A stretch of 64,000 nucleotides of DNA from Hydrolagus colliei (GCA_035084275.1 CM068743.1:73036001-73100000); one strand, 5' to 3'. Counted from the stretch's first letter, positions 24,801-34,851 are shown. Program-made: numbers and translations. Notes: generated from the letters alone by a model not told the origin.

Positions 24801-27800
24801 AATGACAAAGTTTGTAATTGCTGAGCATTAGGACGTCTGCTAAATTGTTAAGCTCTGATTCATTAGTTTAGTCTAACGTCATTAACTGAAGAATGCTTGT
24901 GTTTGGAAACAGTGATAAATAATGAAAGCCGGGAGGTAAACAAATCATGTTTAGTTATTACAGCGGCATTTTCCACTCTTGGTTTCTAACTCAGATTTGT
25001 TAACCAATTTACCGGTTTTGTTTCCTGAATTTTGTTCCCTGAATGAATGTCCCAAGGCACTGATCACAAATGCAGCAGCTAACTTGCACACAGCAATGTC
25101 CTGCAAACAACTATGCAGTGAATGATCAATTTTATTTGAGGGCTTGAGGTGCTGGGGAGAGGTGCACTAGTCCAATTTCATGGTCAGCCGAGCTCCAATG
25201 GTAGCTTTCTGAGTTCAACCACCATATCTGGATTTTGAACTCAAGCAGTGTTTGAGTAGTGGTTGCCATGAGATATTAAACCCAGATAGATATTAGACGT
25301 TAAAGATCCCATGGGGTTATTTAAAAACAGAACTGAGTTTCTTCCGTTGTTCTGTCACTCAAATAAAAATTTTCATTCACTCCATGGTTGTTTGCTGGAT
25401 ATTGCTCTGCAGCAAATTAGCTGCTGCCGTGGGACGTCCTTCTGACGTGAAGGGCGCCAAGTTTAAATGTAATTTTCTTATTGTTGTTGTTGTTGCATTG
25501 GTCTACAAATCAACAGTCACTCCAGTTCACAATAATTCATGTGAAGTTCTTTGAAACATCCCCCTGACGTAAAAATCTCTTTATCAAATGAAAGAATTAT
25601 GCTTATTACATATTTTATTAATGACAATGATTGTGTGAAAAGTATTATAATTCAGCTCTTTCAGATCAGTGTGGCTTCAATGCAGAAGCTATATCAGCTC
25701 TGCCTGAAAAGCAACTCCCCCTCCTCTCCTCACCACTTGCTTGGTGATTCCCATTGTCTTTCTGAAGTGCTTCAGGACGTCATTCGTGTATCACATTTCT
25801 AGCACATCAGAGACATCAGCCACAAGGAAAGACTGGAACCCATCTGTGAGAGAAAGTTTATTCCCCACCTCCTTTCTCTCCCACTAATATAATGTTATAT
25901 TTATACACTTCACACATCCTCATAATACTCCTTATATTTTACCGAGTGCCTTTCACGTTGGGAGGACAAGTGCTTCACGGGATTTACTGTAAAGTGGAGT
26001 CACTGTGTTTTGTTGACTAACACCCATTGTTATGTACCATTGTGGCCTGTCATATTAATATAAATAAGTATCCTAGCATTTTAGATAGCGCTTTTCACAT
26101 CTTCTAGAGGCCTCAAAGTGCTTCAAAGAATATATTGTAAAGGGAATTGACTGTACATTTTTGGGTGAAACACAACACACACAGCAATGTTCCACAAACA
26201 GTGTGGATTCAAGTGACCAATTTTATTATTGTATATTCTTGGAGGGAAATTAGAACCAATTGACTTCATCTTAAACCAGGACAACAGAGGACTCGGTACC
26301 TCTAACCAGTAGTCGAAAGCCATGGACTGGAATTGCAACCCCCTGGGTTTGGCATCACAGAGGAAAGAATTGCAGATCATGTTTCCCTGTATTTTTCAGG
26401 TTTACTCTCCAGCTGAAGATCCGAACGTTTGCCTCCAGCGGCCTGGTGTATTACATGGCCAATCAAAACCAGGTGGACTTCGCTGCTCTGCAGCTGTGGG
26501 AGGGGCGGCTACGCTTCCTGTTCGATCTGGGCAAAGGTGCCGCCGTAGCAATGCTGCCCAGGCCTATCAATGATGGGAAATGGCACGAGGTGAGTCTCAC
26601 GTTCTTAAATCCTCTCTTCTCTGCTCAGCAATTCCCACCATCTTCGTAAAGTGCTTTAAGACGTCAATCCTACGTCAAAAGCGGTGCTCAACTTGTTGTC
26701 CAAGTGATTTCTGCGATCGCGTTTTTACTGTTAGAGGAATCGGTCATGCAGGGCTCTTCAGCTTTGAAAGAGAAGGTCTCAGGAGTGGCCCTCGCAGAGA
26801 TGTACAAGATAAATACAAGGGATTGAGAAGCTAAACCTGGAAACATAAGAATATAATAATAATTCTTACTTTGAATATAACGCCTTATCACCCCATTGAG
26901 ACATCTTAAAGCGCTCCACAAAATATACTGCAAAGTGGATTGACTAAATTTCGTGGGCAAAACCTATTTTCAGATATGCTTAGGCAGGAAGACAGGATCT
27001 TGGGTTCAAGGTTCAAGAGTACCTGAGCTTGAGTAACTTGGACCCGCTACACATCCGCATCAACATCATTAACTGAGCCATCAGTCACTATGATCCTAAT
27101 CTCTAGAACTTCCTCCATTTACCGCTCAGTTTGTCTTTAAATCCTGACTTAAAATCTATCTCCCGAAATGAAAGATGCTCTGTAAATGTCATTTTGTTGT
27201 TGTTATCTCTTCAACCGCAGCTGTAGTTGAAGAAATAGCTCCCTCTCCCTTGCTTGGCTTTCAGCCCCGCCACTATGAACTGCTCCGAGATGTTATCCTG
27301 GGCTTTGTATACTGCAAGTTATTGTTGTTTTTGTGAAGAGCTAGTTTAGAAAGTGAGACCAAATAAGCTAAAGGGCCTCCTTCACCCAAACCTCTCCTGT
27401 TATCTTGTGAATCATTTTCACTAAAGAAGTTGTGCGTAGCCAGTCTTGCTGCTGCGAAGAGCTTACCCTGCCTTGCTCTCCTCTCCTTGGCAGGTAACGA
27501 CAGAGTACACAAAGAAGAGGGGAACAATCAGTGTGGACGGGGAGGAATCCAGCCCCTCTCTGGCCGAGGGAAACCTTTTGGACGTGGAAGGAAAACTGTA
27601 CCTGGGAGGGCTGCCCCAGGACTACATCCCGAAGAAAATCAAGAATGTAAGAACCGCTGTGAAAAGCACACAAACGGGACACTTGCCCAACCAGTCAGTG
27701 CTTGTGTTTATACTGTCTCCATCTACTCCTTACTCTCTCTCCCAGCCTTCCATTCCCTTCTCCCTCATGTGTTCATCCCACTTCCTCTTAAATAAGTCTA

Positions 27801-30800
27801 TGTCACCTGCTTCAACCCTGGCTTCGGGCAGTGAATTCCACATTCAACAAAGGGGCCAACTTTACCCTGAGATCCTCACAGGTTCAGAATTCCCCCTAGG
27901 CCCAGGCTACAGCACCACTTTGTCTTAAAATTTAAGATCGAGAGATACAACACGGAAATGGGCCTTTCGACCCAACTGGTCTGTGCTGGTGTTTATGCTC
28001 CACATAAAACCGCAGCTCTCTTGTGTAACTCTATTCCCTTTTCCTTTATGTTGGCATCAAGTTCTCTCTCAATACATCGATGCCAATTTCTTCAACCACA
28101 GCCCCTGGCAGCGAGTTCCACATTGTCACTGCTCTCTGCTTGAAGAGGTTCCTCTGACTAAACTGCAGTGACCATATTTTGTAAACAAAATCTGACGACA
28201 CACGCCTATACACATATTTAATTTACCATATTCGCTGATGCTGGCAGTTCTGAAGAAATTTGTTGGGATGAACGGCTATATTTCACTGATGAGCGTATCT
28301 GGTTTAGAATATTGTTGTCTTTGCTCAGTTTGCTGCTGAACTTAAGACTGGACACAATACCTAATCTCCTTGTTAGATCTACCACTGCTTGCCTTATATT
28401 CATGTGCTCTAGTTACGACCTACCTCCTGGTGATTTATAGAGAAATAAATCTCCCAAGAAAATATGGAAAATCGCCTGTTATGCAGCCTTTTGATTTGAG
28501 TAAATCTCTATTGTAACAGGTTACCCACAGTGTCCCCGCCTGCATCAGCGGCGTGAGCTTGAATAACAAGCCGCTGGAAGTGGAGAGACCGCTCTCTATA
28601 CTGACTGTCGGTCGCTGTTACACGGTTGTGCAAGAGGGCACTTTCTTCGACGGTACTGGATTTGCTGCATTGGGTAAGACTGCGCTCGCCAGGTACTGGT
28701 CTGCCCCAGACGCGGTCTCTCCACAGAAGTGAAACAGAAATTAGAATTTTAAGATTGAACCAGTCTCTAATGAAACTCAATGAAGGTTGGAGGTGAGAGA
28801 GAGAGAGAGGAGAGGTTGTGGGGGAAAAAGGGTTTGTTACCCAGACTGGAATTTGGAAATTCACTGCCATAAACCTTAACGGAGGCCCAGTCCATCAATT
28901 CTTTTAATGAGGGAATTTACATGGGTGTTTGAACATGAGGAATGTTGAGTGTTTTGGGAGGGCGGGGGGAGAAATGGGATGGAGTTAGGTGGTTTGTGTG
29001 GTGAGAAACACCAGCAGAGGTAGCCTCGGGGTGGAAGCTTTGCTTCCATGCTGTGATGTTCCCTGACAATCAGCCATCATCACCCCAGTCCTTTCCAGAC
29101 CCCACTGTCTCCCTGTCGCCGGTTCCAAGATCTTCATCCTTGCATACAAACCGCTTCATGCCCTAGTATCTCCCAACCTGTCCGACTTGCTCATATCACA
29201 CTTCTCCGCCACACCATCGGTGGTCATGCCTTCAGCCATCATACCACAAACCTCCCGAACTCCCTCCCTCAAACCATCCGCCTCGCCTCCCTTTTTTTTG
29301 TTTAAAACCCACCTATGATCTACCTCTTCAACTGATCCCATGATGACCTCCCCTTTGTCTCTTACTCGTCGTCCCAACTAACGCTACTGTGCGTCGTTCC
29401 GGGACCCTATCGTGCGTGAAAGACACCATATAAATGCAAGTTGTTGTTGCTTGTTGCACTAATGCCTTTTTTTTTCAGTCAAAGGAGGCTATAGGGTGAG
29501 ATCTGACATGATCATTGAGTTTGAGTTCCGCACTACGGTCAGGAATGCCGTGCTGTTTGGTATCAGCAGCGCCAAAGTGGATGCTATTGGACTGGAGATG
29601 GTGAACAGCAAGGTGATGAAATCAGTAACTCCGGCCACAGCCTCAGGCAGCCAAAATTATTAACAATAGCAGTAGTAATAATCTTGCATAAGATAAAATA
29701 GTTTTAGGGCTTTGTCGAGATGTCTCGAAAGAGCTTCACAGTGTTTTACCATGAAGTATGTTTCATTACGGCCTTTGTAGGTAATTGACTGCCAAGCTGA
29801 CTAGTTGTGAAGTTCGGTGAGCTGTCGCTAATACACAGTAATTATAACACACTTTGTCACTTTTATTAGCGTGTGGGTTTCTGATATTTAATTACCCCAC
29901 CAAAAAACGCCAAAATGGGCCTGCCAACTCACAGCAAAAAGGAAGTGATGTTTGCGGTGAGCTGGTGACCAGGAAGTCAAACAACACTGGCGGGCAGTTT
30001 GAACCACCATTGGACCTGACTAGTGATTATGTCCACGATGTAACAGATCACACACCATGACACTACTGGCACAATTAGACACATATGGGTACAATTTAGT
30101 AGCCATCACTGAAACATGGCTACAGGGAGATCTAGAGTAGGAGTTAAAAATCCCATGGTTTTCAGTTTATAGGATGGATAGGCAATATGGGAAATGAGGT
30201 GGGGGTGAGTGGGGTGGGGGTAGCCCTGTTAATCAGGGATGAAATAAAAGCAGTAGAGAGGAAGGATCTGAAATCCGATAACCAGGAGGTAGAGTCAATA
30301 TGGGTGGAAATAAAAAACAATAAGGGGCAGAAAATATTAATGGGAGTGGTTTACAGACCCCCAAATAGTGATCACAATATAGCACAAGATATTAATCAAG
30401 AAATCAGAGGAGCATGTAGGAAAGGTAAAGCAATAATAGTGGGTGATTTCAATCTTCACATAGATTGGGAAAACCAAATTGGCAAAAGTAGGTTAGAGGA
30501 AGAGTTCATTAAGTGTATGAGAGACACTTTTCTAGAGCAGCACGCTGAGGAACCAACTAGGGGACGGGCCATCCTAGACTTTATTTTGCATAACAAAACA
30601 TGGCTAGTCGGCAATGTAGATATTAAAGCTCCTCTAGGGCAGCGTGATCACAACATGATTGAATTTTGTATTAGGTTAGAGGGGGATATAGTTAAATCTG
30701 AGGCAAGTATTTTGAATTTAAATAAGACTAATTTTGTAGGCATGAGGAAAGATCTGGGTAAAATAGACTGGAGAATCAAATTAGGAGGTAGAACGGTAGA

Positions 30801-33800
30801 CCAACAGTGGCAAATATTTAAGGATGTAGTACAGAATTCACAGAGGTTGCATATTCCCCTGCGGAATAAGAGTACCGCAGGGAAAGCAATTCATCCGTGG
30901 CTAACTAGAGCAGTTAGGGAAAGTAAAATTAAAAGAAAAAGTATAAAACTGCCAAGAAAAGCAGCAGATCTGAGGATTGGGAGAGTTTTAAGAACCAACA
31001 AAAAATAACTAAAAAGCTCATTAAGAGTGAAAAAATGGAGTATGAGAGCAAGTTAGCTAGGAACATTAAGTCAGATTGCAAAATTTTTAATAAATATATT
31101 AAGAGGAATAGGCTAGTGAGAGTAAATGTAGGTCCACTCCAGGCAAAGACGGGAGAAGTTGTAATGGGGGATAGTGATATGGGGAGTCCCTAAATGAATA
31201 CTTTGCGTGTCTTCACCCCAGAAAACACAACAAGTCTGCCAACAATAGGGATACACCATGGGGTAAATGACAGGGAGCAACTTAGGGAAATCTTCATTAG
31301 CAGAGAATTGGTTCTGGGGAAACTGTTAGCACTAAACATTGATAAATCCCCTGGTCCGGATGGCTTGCAACCCAGGGTCTTAAAAGAGGTAGTGTATGAG
31401 ATAGTGGGGGCCTTGTGTCTGATCTTCCAAAATTCCTTGGATTCTGGAACAGTCCCCATGGATTGGAAGATCGGAAATGTCACACCACTATTTAAAAAGG
31501 GTGAAAAGGAAACGATGGAGAACTATAGTTAGTCTGACATCGGTGATAGGAAAAATGTTAGAATCCTTGATTAAGGATGTTTTAGTGGGGTATCAGACAA
31601 AAGGGAAGTCAGACAAATCTCATAGAATTTTCTGAGGATATTTTGAGTAAACTAGATAGGGGTGAATCAGTGGATATAGTCTATTTGGACTTCCAGAAGG
31701 CATTTGATAAAGTGCCACATAATAGGTTGATCCAAAAGATAGGGGTTTATGGAATTGGGGGGAACATATTAACATGGATTAGGGAATGGTTAACGGGTAG
31801 GAAACAAAGAGTAGGGATAAACGGGTCTTTCTCAGATTGGCTGACAGGTTACTGCCAGACTCAATAGAAAAAATTTCTTCACTCAGAGGGTGATGAATGT
31901 ATGGAATTCTTTACCCCAAAGGGCTGTTGATGCTCAGTTCTTGAACCTATTCAAGACTTGAGTTAGATAGATTTCTCATTTATAAAGGGATTAAGGGGTA
32001 TGGGGATAAGGCAGGTAGCTGGAATTAGAGTAGAATATCAGCCATGCTTGAATGGAGGGGCCGGCTCGATGGGCCGAATAGCCTACTCCTGCTCCTATTT
32101 CTTATGTTCTTATGTAGCAGGACTTTACTGTATGTACCACAAGAGAAGGGAAGTTTCTCCCACCCAGAGTCCTGCTCAACACTCTCACAAATAAAACATT
32201 GGTTGTCCCCTTTCTGGTGGTTTGTGGGAGATTGCTGCATCCAAATTGGTTCACCCACAAAACTTACAGTCTCTCCACTTTACAGTAATAATAATAGTAA
32301 TCTTTGCATTTTGATGTAATGCTTTTCACGTCTTTTAGATGTCTCAAAACGCTTCACAAAATATGCTGTAAAGGGAATTGATTGCATATTGTGTTGGCGA
32401 AATAAGTAAGAAAACTTGCCCAAGGTTTTGCCCTGCCTGAATACAACCCAGGAGACTCGCTAACCGCTGAGCTACAGAACACCACAGTATATCCTGCTAC
32501 AATATAATCCCATAAAGCACTTTGGGACGTCCTCCTAATGTGAAATGCAAATGTAAGGATTATTAAGGAATGTTATTGTGTTCCTTGCTATTAATATTGC
32601 TGCTGAAATACTGACTCAAGAGAGAAGAGGAAACTCTTTTCAAGTGGACTTTCCCTTCCTCACGTTACTAGATTTTCAGGGTTTGCTAATGGATTTTGTG
32701 TTGAGTTCCTAATTGATTTCTTGCACACCATCCCGACTCAACATTGGGGCTGGGAGAAGAGGTCAGACATGTTTGAACCTCTTTCTGTAACCAGCACTAT
32801 CTCCTCCTTCCAGATCCTGTTCCACGTGAACAATGGGGCTGGGAGAATTACTGCCAGATATGAGCCCAGAGACACAAACGGCCTGTGTGACGGCAAGTGG
32901 CACAAGCTTCAAGCCTCCAAGGGTAAACACCACATTGAGCTGACTGTGGACGGCACCACCGTCCAGGCCAATAATCCCCATTTCCAATCAACCTCCGCAG
33001 ACACCAACGACCCGGTTTATGTGGGAGGCTATCCTGGTATGTGTTGCTCATGGAGGGGTGGGAATGGGAATTATCTAACGTGGGTGGGTTCTGGATGGTT
33101 GTGGTTATGGGGGAGGAAAGGTGACCGAAACGTGTGGTCGAAGGAGATTATGTTGAATCTAAACCTGCTTAAAGATTATTTGGGGCGTTTGTTTGTTTAA
33201 TTAAACTTGTTTCACAGAGTTGAATTTGAACATTTAATTGCACATTTGGAATACTGTGTCCAATCAGTCATCACACTGCAAGAAGGATGTAGCGGAGATA
33301 GGAAGAGTACAGCATTGGATTATGAGGATGATACCAGGTTGCCAGGTTACTGCCATCAAGTTAGACTGGATAGATTAGGCCTTTTTTTTTACTAGAAGAG
33401 ACGTTTAAGATGTTTATGTTTCCCAAATAGAGTTTTTTTTAAATTAGAGAAGGGTTTGATAAGGTCAGCATTAATAGGATGTTCCCACTAGCCCATAACC
33501 AGCTGACACAAATACAACTAGCAACCAGGAGGTTTGCTGGAAATACTTGATGCAGAGAATAGTGATTAAATCAGATAGTGTAGATACATTCAAGAGGAAG
33601 CCAGTCCTTCACATGAGGAAGACAGGAATAGAAAGGTGTTGGGGGAGTAAGGTGAGTGAGATGCATGAGCAGTATAATCACTGACACAGACTAGTTGGGC
33701 TGAATGGCTTGTTTCCGGGATGTGAATTCTCCAGTGGTTTAAAAGTTTTTTAATTGACTCCAGGTAGTTTGTTAGAGGTTTTAACCCAGCCAAAAGCATA

Positions 33801-33991
33801 CGTTAATCAATGGTTGTTTGTGATTCACAGCTAACGTGAAGCAGAATTGCCTGACCCTCCAGACACCTTTCCGAGGCTGCATGAGAAACCTCAAGCTGAC
33901 GAGAAACCAGCAGACTGAAGCCTTTGACTTCAGCAGAGCATTCAACCTCCACGGAGTCTTCCCTCACTCCTGCCCTGGGGCCGAGCAATAG
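676..33991 (+). CDS. LAMA1: Laminin subunit alpha-1, 3' half (28 exons, 5'-incomplete in window): coiled coil + LG1-LG5
   Basis: Manually chained GT-AG exons total 4292 nt with consistent phases and end CPGAEQ*. Peptides such as IKVAVSADRDC, FLAVEMRRGRVAFLWD, KVAFQRNRK and FHVNNGAGRITA match recalled LAMA1 better than LAMA2. Confidence 0.95.
1222..1523 (+). mobile_element. tRNA-headed SINE with L2-type tail (main family, short form)
   Basis: TAGCTCAGTGGTTAGAGC A-box head, TGTTTGTGGGACAC..CAATTGGCTGCC body, GCGCTATATCAAATGCAAGG(ATT)n tail. Confidence 0.9.
1705..1895 (-). mobile_element. SINE main family, 5' two-thirds
   Basis: Reverse complement of head and body. Confidence 0.8.
2826..3215 (-). 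mobile_element. CR1 3' fragment interrupted by an L2-type tail
   Basis: GGAGGCCTTTCAGCCCCTCGAGCCTG is the reverse complement of the CR1 3' end; CAACAACTTGCATATATATCGCACC inside. Confidence 0.6.
3316..3523 (+). repeat. Compound tetranucleotide microsatellite (TTGG/CTGA/TTGA/TTCA)
   Basis: Read directly. Confidence 0.9.
3525..3735 (+). CDS. LAMA1: LAMA1 exon (AAEQLLVRVQAEFQKP...LAELK)
   Basis: tcag| ... |gtgag; 211 nt; phase 2 to 0. Confidence 0.9.
3775..4222 (+). mobile_element. Older Deu-domain SINE (further copies at about 10311-10535, 18478-18805, 23626-23905, and on - at about 47590-47975 and 61160-61450)
   Basis: GTGCCATCCTTCAGATGAGGTGTTAAACCGAGG..GTGTCCTGGCCAAT resembles the recalled DeuSINE central domain; same L2-type tail. 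Confidence 0.65.
4632..4748 (+). CDS. LAMA1: LAMA1 exon (DKRQNIEEDR...VSKTA)
   Basis: cacag| ... |gtaagt; 117 nt. Confidence 0.88.
4877..5040 (+). CDS. LAMA1: LAMA1 exon (VLEQHKERLYMW...DLVYRAEDHA...)
   Basis: tgtag| ... |gtcagt; 164 nt; DLVYRAEDHA is conserved in LAMA1. Confidence 0.92.
5155..5397. mobile_element. Palindromic non-autonomous element with 16-bp TSD and hammerhead-like core (Penelope-like terminal repeat derivative)
   Basis: Inverted arms about 5187-5283 and 5299-5397; ATCATAAAAGGTCAAA at 5139-5154 and 5398-5413; CTGACGA..GAAA at 5301-5325. Confidence 0.75.
5625..5763 (+). CDS. LAMA1: LAMA1 exon (VLSGIRNVSV...AALTL)
   Basis: gctag| ... |gtgagt; 139 nt; IRNVS motif. Confidence 0.85.
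6088..6190 (+). CDS. LAMA1: LAMA1 exon (ASGSQHSLEKAGKESAERS...KTT)
   Basis: actag| ... |gtgagt; 103 nt; phase 0 to 1. Confidence 0.85.
7176..7491 (+). mobile_element. SINE main family, full length
   Basis: GGAGTCCTGTAGCTCAGTGG ... CAAGGATTATTATTATT. Confidence 0.92.
7516..7699. mobile_element. Second copy of the palindromic element, centre deleted, 17-bp TSD
   Basis: Same arms (GCAGCATCTATGGAGAAAGG / CCTTTCTCCATAGATG); TTATGAGGATATGGGCA at 7499-7515 and 7700-7716. Confidence 0.75.
8449..8565 (+). CDS. LAMA1: LAMA1 exon (LANQVNGLKGKI...NLPN)
   Basis: Pyrimidine tract + gacag| ... |gtcagt; 117 nt. Confidence 0.85.
8597..8868 (+). mobile_element. SINE long-form variant, tail missing
   Basis: Head with a deletion, extra internal segment, conserved body. 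Confidence 0.7.
9166..9348 (+). CDS. LAMA1: LAMA1 exon (TTARVQQAKES...QSAET)
   Basis: cacag| ... |gtgagc; 183 nt. Confidence 0.88.
9554..9919 (+). mobile_element. SINE long-form variant
   Basis: Head + CTGTTTACCTAGTAG insert + body + tail. Confidence 0.75.
10790..11044 (+). mobile_element. L2-clade LINE 3' end abutting a LAMA1 acceptor
   Basis: FRSHLKSFLL remnant; TGTGAAGCACTCCGAGAC..TATAAATGCAAGC(TGT)n tail. Confidence 0.7.
11047..11201 (+). CDS. LAMA1: LAMA1 exon (AAGNRVKEIETQAN...ISQARKQAAS)
   Basis: tgtag| ... |gtgagt; 155 nt; NLSRNLSEIKELISQARKQAAS. Confidence 0.93.
11968..12111 (+). CDS. LAMA1: LAMA1 exon, IKVAV + start of LG1
   Basis: cccag|ATT AAG GTG GCG GTG (IKVAV) ... DNLLFYLGSSTS|gtgagt. 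Confidence 0.96.
12259..12882 (+). mobile_element. Two adjacent SINEs (12259-12488 internally deleted; 12525-12882 long form)
   Basis: Two heads and two tails. Confidence 0.8.
12985..13620. mobile_element. CR1 3' fragment (-) with a second CR1 3' end (+, about 13398-13570) nested in it
   Basis: Both match the 3' end seen at 31880-32115, in opposite orientations. Confidence 0.7.
13766..14072 (-). mobile_element. SINE main family, full length
   Basis: AATAATCCTTGCACTTGATATAGC ... GCTACAGGACTCC. Confidence 0.85.
14238..14431 (+). repeat. TGCTGAN-(TG)n compound minisatellite, about 8 units
   Basis: Read directly. Confidence 0.88.
14439..14572 (+). CDS. LAMA1: LAMA1 exon LG1 (TEFLAVEMRRGRVAFLWD...)
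   Basis: cacag| ... |gtatgt; 134 nt. Confidence 0.95.
14820..14976 (+). CDS. LAMA1: LAMA1 exon LG1 (FGRLGTLSV...FVGGLSGQVK)
   Basis: tccag| ... |gtcagt; 157 nt. Confidence 0.93.
15070..15165 (+). repeat. (CCCT/CCGT)n pyrimidine-rich repeat
   Basis: Read directly. Confidence 0.85.
15196..15320 (+). CDS. LAMA1: LAMA1 exon LG1 end (KAPAVKVTHFKGC...CGGCFS)
   Basis: tgcag| ... |gtaatc; 125 nt. Confidence 0.95.
15782..15932 (+). CDS. LAMA1: LAMA1 exon LG2 (PQNEDHSFHYDGNGYSVVEK...)
   Basis: tacag| ... |gtgagc; 151 nt. Confidence 0.94.
16199..16343 (+). CDS. LAMA1: LAMA1 exon LG2 (RDFLAVEL...KVAFQRNRKI)
   Basis: ggcag| ... |gtaaga; 145 nt. Confidence 0.95.
17032..17173 (+). CDS. LAMA1: LAMA1 exon LG2 (LLAVMDAFN...KDPIYIGGLPRS)
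   Basis: tgcag| ... |gtacct; 142 nt. Confidence 0.94.
17366..17530 (+). mobile_element. Possible Tc1/mariner (Tigger/pogo-type) transposon end
   Basis: TA-CAGGTATTCCTCACTTAAC start and TTTCCCATAAGAATTAATGTA subterminal motif; no second TIR found. Confidence 0.45.
17951..18065 (+). CDS. LAMA1: LAMA1 exon LG2 end (FIGCLKNVEISRSTFDLLRNSLGVKKGC)
   Basis: tacag| ... |gtaata; 115 nt; absent from the ORF track. Confidence 0.95.
18855..19025 (+). CDS. LAMA1: LAMA1 exon LG3 (PIRSVTIL...GRSRSRRQTKL)
   Basis: accag| ... |gtgagt; 171 nt. Confidence 0.93.
19568..19719 (+). CDS. LAMA1: LAMA1 exon LG3 (PFFAIMLVDGHLEVH...RNK)
   Basis: tttag| ... |gtgtgt; 152 nt. Confidence 0.93.
20109..20294 (+). CDS. 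LAMA1: LAMA1 exon LG3 (IVTLQVDE...LYIGGVP...GCIRNL)
   Basis: tgcag| ... |gtaagt; 186 nt. Confidence 0.94.
20509..20795 (+). mobile_element. SINE main family
   Basis: Head, body and tail present. Confidence 0.85.
21096..21625 (-). mobile_element. L2-clade LINE 3' fragment
   Basis: AFSHSASNLWNSI and SFRSGLKTLLF on the - strand; (CAA)n tail on +. Confidence 0.75.
21954..22143 (+). CDS. LAMA1: LAMA1 exon, LG3 end + LG3-LG4 hinge
   Basis: tgcag|G TTG CTG GAT TTC (LLDF...LDSC...SPVKT)|gtaagc; 190 nt. Confidence 0.88.
22620..23240. mobile_element. Back-to-back L2 3' fragments (- 22620-23035; + about 23040-23240)
   Basis: ERIDFKILTLVFKSLHSSAP..AFSHYAPRLWNSLP on -; both tails point outward; about 20-nt tandem duplication near the junction. 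Confidence 0.75.
23414..23526 (+). CDS. LAMA1: LAMA1 exon LG4 start (AQCAVDE...YQFGLAQGSH...)
   Basis: aacag| ... |gtaagt; 113 nt. Confidence 0.93.
24339..24662 (+). mobile_element. SINE main family, full length
   Basis: Head, body and (ATT)n tail. Confidence 0.88.
26400..26589 (+). CDS. LAMA1: LAMA1 exon LG4 (FTLQLKIRTFASSGLVYYMA...DGKWHE)
   Basis: ttcag| ... |gtgagt; 190 nt. Confidence 0.95.
27494..27646 (+). CDS. LAMA1: LAMA1 exon LG4 (VTTEYTKKRG...LDVEGKLYLGGLP)
   Basis: ggcag| ... |gtaaga; 153 nt. Confidence 0.94.
28520..28673 (+). CDS. LAMA1: LAMA1 exon LG4/LG5 (VTHSVPACI...QEGTFFDGTGFAAL)
   Basis: aacag| ... |gtaaga; 154 nt. Confidence 0.95.
29085..29456 (+). mobile_element. L2-clade LINE 3' fragment
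   Basis: Decayed LHWLPV/FKI region and TATAAATGCAAGTTGTTGTT tail. Confidence 0.65.
29479..29612 (+). CDS. LAMA1: LAMA1 exon LG5 (KGGYRVRSD...SSAKVDAIGLEMVNSK)
   Basis: ttcag| ... |gtgatg; 134 nt. Confidence 0.95.
30070..32115 (+). mobile_element. CR1 LINE, 5'-truncated and decayed (APE endonuclease + RT, internal deletions)
   Basis: AITETW, GVVYRPP, IVGDFN, KSPGPDG, VYLDFQKAFDKVPH; stops and frameshifts; 3' end CCTACTCCTGCTCCTATTTCTTATGTTCTTATGT. Confidence 0.92.
32286..32483 (-). mobile_element. SINE, internally deleted
   Basis: Tail and head joined, body missing. Confidence 0.7.
32814..33036 (+). CDS. LAMA1: LAMA1 exon LG5 (ILFHVNNGAGRITARYEP...VYVGGYP)
   Basis: tccag| ... |gtatgt; 223 nt. 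Confidence 0.96.
33230..33740 (+). mobile_element. Old CR1 3' fragment
   Basis: HLEYCVQ and RLDRLGLF remnants, plus a 3' UTR-like end. Confidence 0.6.
33831..33991 (+). CDS. LAMA1: LAMA1 terminal coding exon (NVKQNCL...FDFSRAFNLHGVFPHSCPGAEQ*)
   Basis: cacag|; TAG at 33989-33991; matches recalled LAMA1 C-terminus FDFSRAFELHGVFLHSCPG. Confidence 0.96.
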
Positions 33992-34149
33992 TCTCGAGGG
34001 ATCAAACTCCCCAGGAATCATTAACAAAGAAACTGGAGTTGGCAATTTCCCCCATTCACCCACAATATTAATTGCAAACACTCCCACTCCCCAACCCCAA
34101 CTCAGGATAAATGTGCGTTTCAAGCCAATATCACGTTCACATACACTTC

Positions 34150-34155
34150 AATAAA
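34150..34155 (+). terminator. Probable LAMA1 poly(A) signal AATAAA
   Basis: First AATAAA, about 160 nt after the stop, followed by a T/TG-rich stretch; further AATAAA at 35192 and 35276. Confidence 0.6.
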
Positions 34156-34482
34156 CCTGTAAAAGATTTTGTACTGTACACAACGGGTACCTCTGCTTCC
34201 AATAGCAAAACATCACAATGACTCTTATTGTTCTCGCCTTCTCTCAATCCATGTTTACAATCAGTGTATCAGTATAAATGTATATTTCTCCCCCCACACA
34301 CATGATATTTACTGAAGTGTTAAATCTTTCGTTCGTGACTTTTAACATCTTTGCAATTAAAATGTAAACATGATTGAATCGTGTCCCTGTGCAGTGTTTT
34401 CTGTCTTGTGTAATTAAGCTTTTTGTGGCAGCCGAACTTAAGGACAAGAGGAGACCAATGAGGCCTGCTCCACTAGTTCATT

Positions 34483-34851
34483 GAATCAAGGTGGCTTAGT
34501 GGTTAGAGCATTCACTTCCCAAGTGAGAGGAAACAGGGTTTGATTCCCGGACAGGGCAAATCTGGGCAAGTTTCCTTATTCCACTCTTCTGTTTTCCCAG
34601 GAATAAGTAGCAACCTGGTCGTTAGTCAATTGGCAGATCGCGTTTGCAGGGGTAATATTCCCTTAAAAATGTATAATAATATCAATTTTGTCACTCCATC
34701 TACTCTTTGTGAGACACTGCTGTGAACAATTGCTGTGCTTAGCCCACAAAATACAGCCAATTCGCTCTACAGTATATTTTGTGAAGTACTTTGAGACGTC
34801 TAAAAATACATGATAAGGCGCTCTTATCAAATGCAAGGATTATTATTATTT
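34483..34851 (+). mobile_element. SINE long-form variant downstream of LAMA1
   Basis: Head, insert, body and tail. Confidence 0.8.

Noticed and set aside
30187-31008. 273-aa endonuclease ORF as a functional or domesticated gene
   Set aside because: Upstream stop and frameshift, downstream frameshifts and deletions mark it as a decayed CR1.
676-33991. Assignment as LAMA2 (also next to an ARHGAP18/28-family gene)
   Set aside because: IKVAVSADRDC, AFQRNRK, EISRSTFDLLRNS and the HSCPG C-terminus are LAMA1-type.
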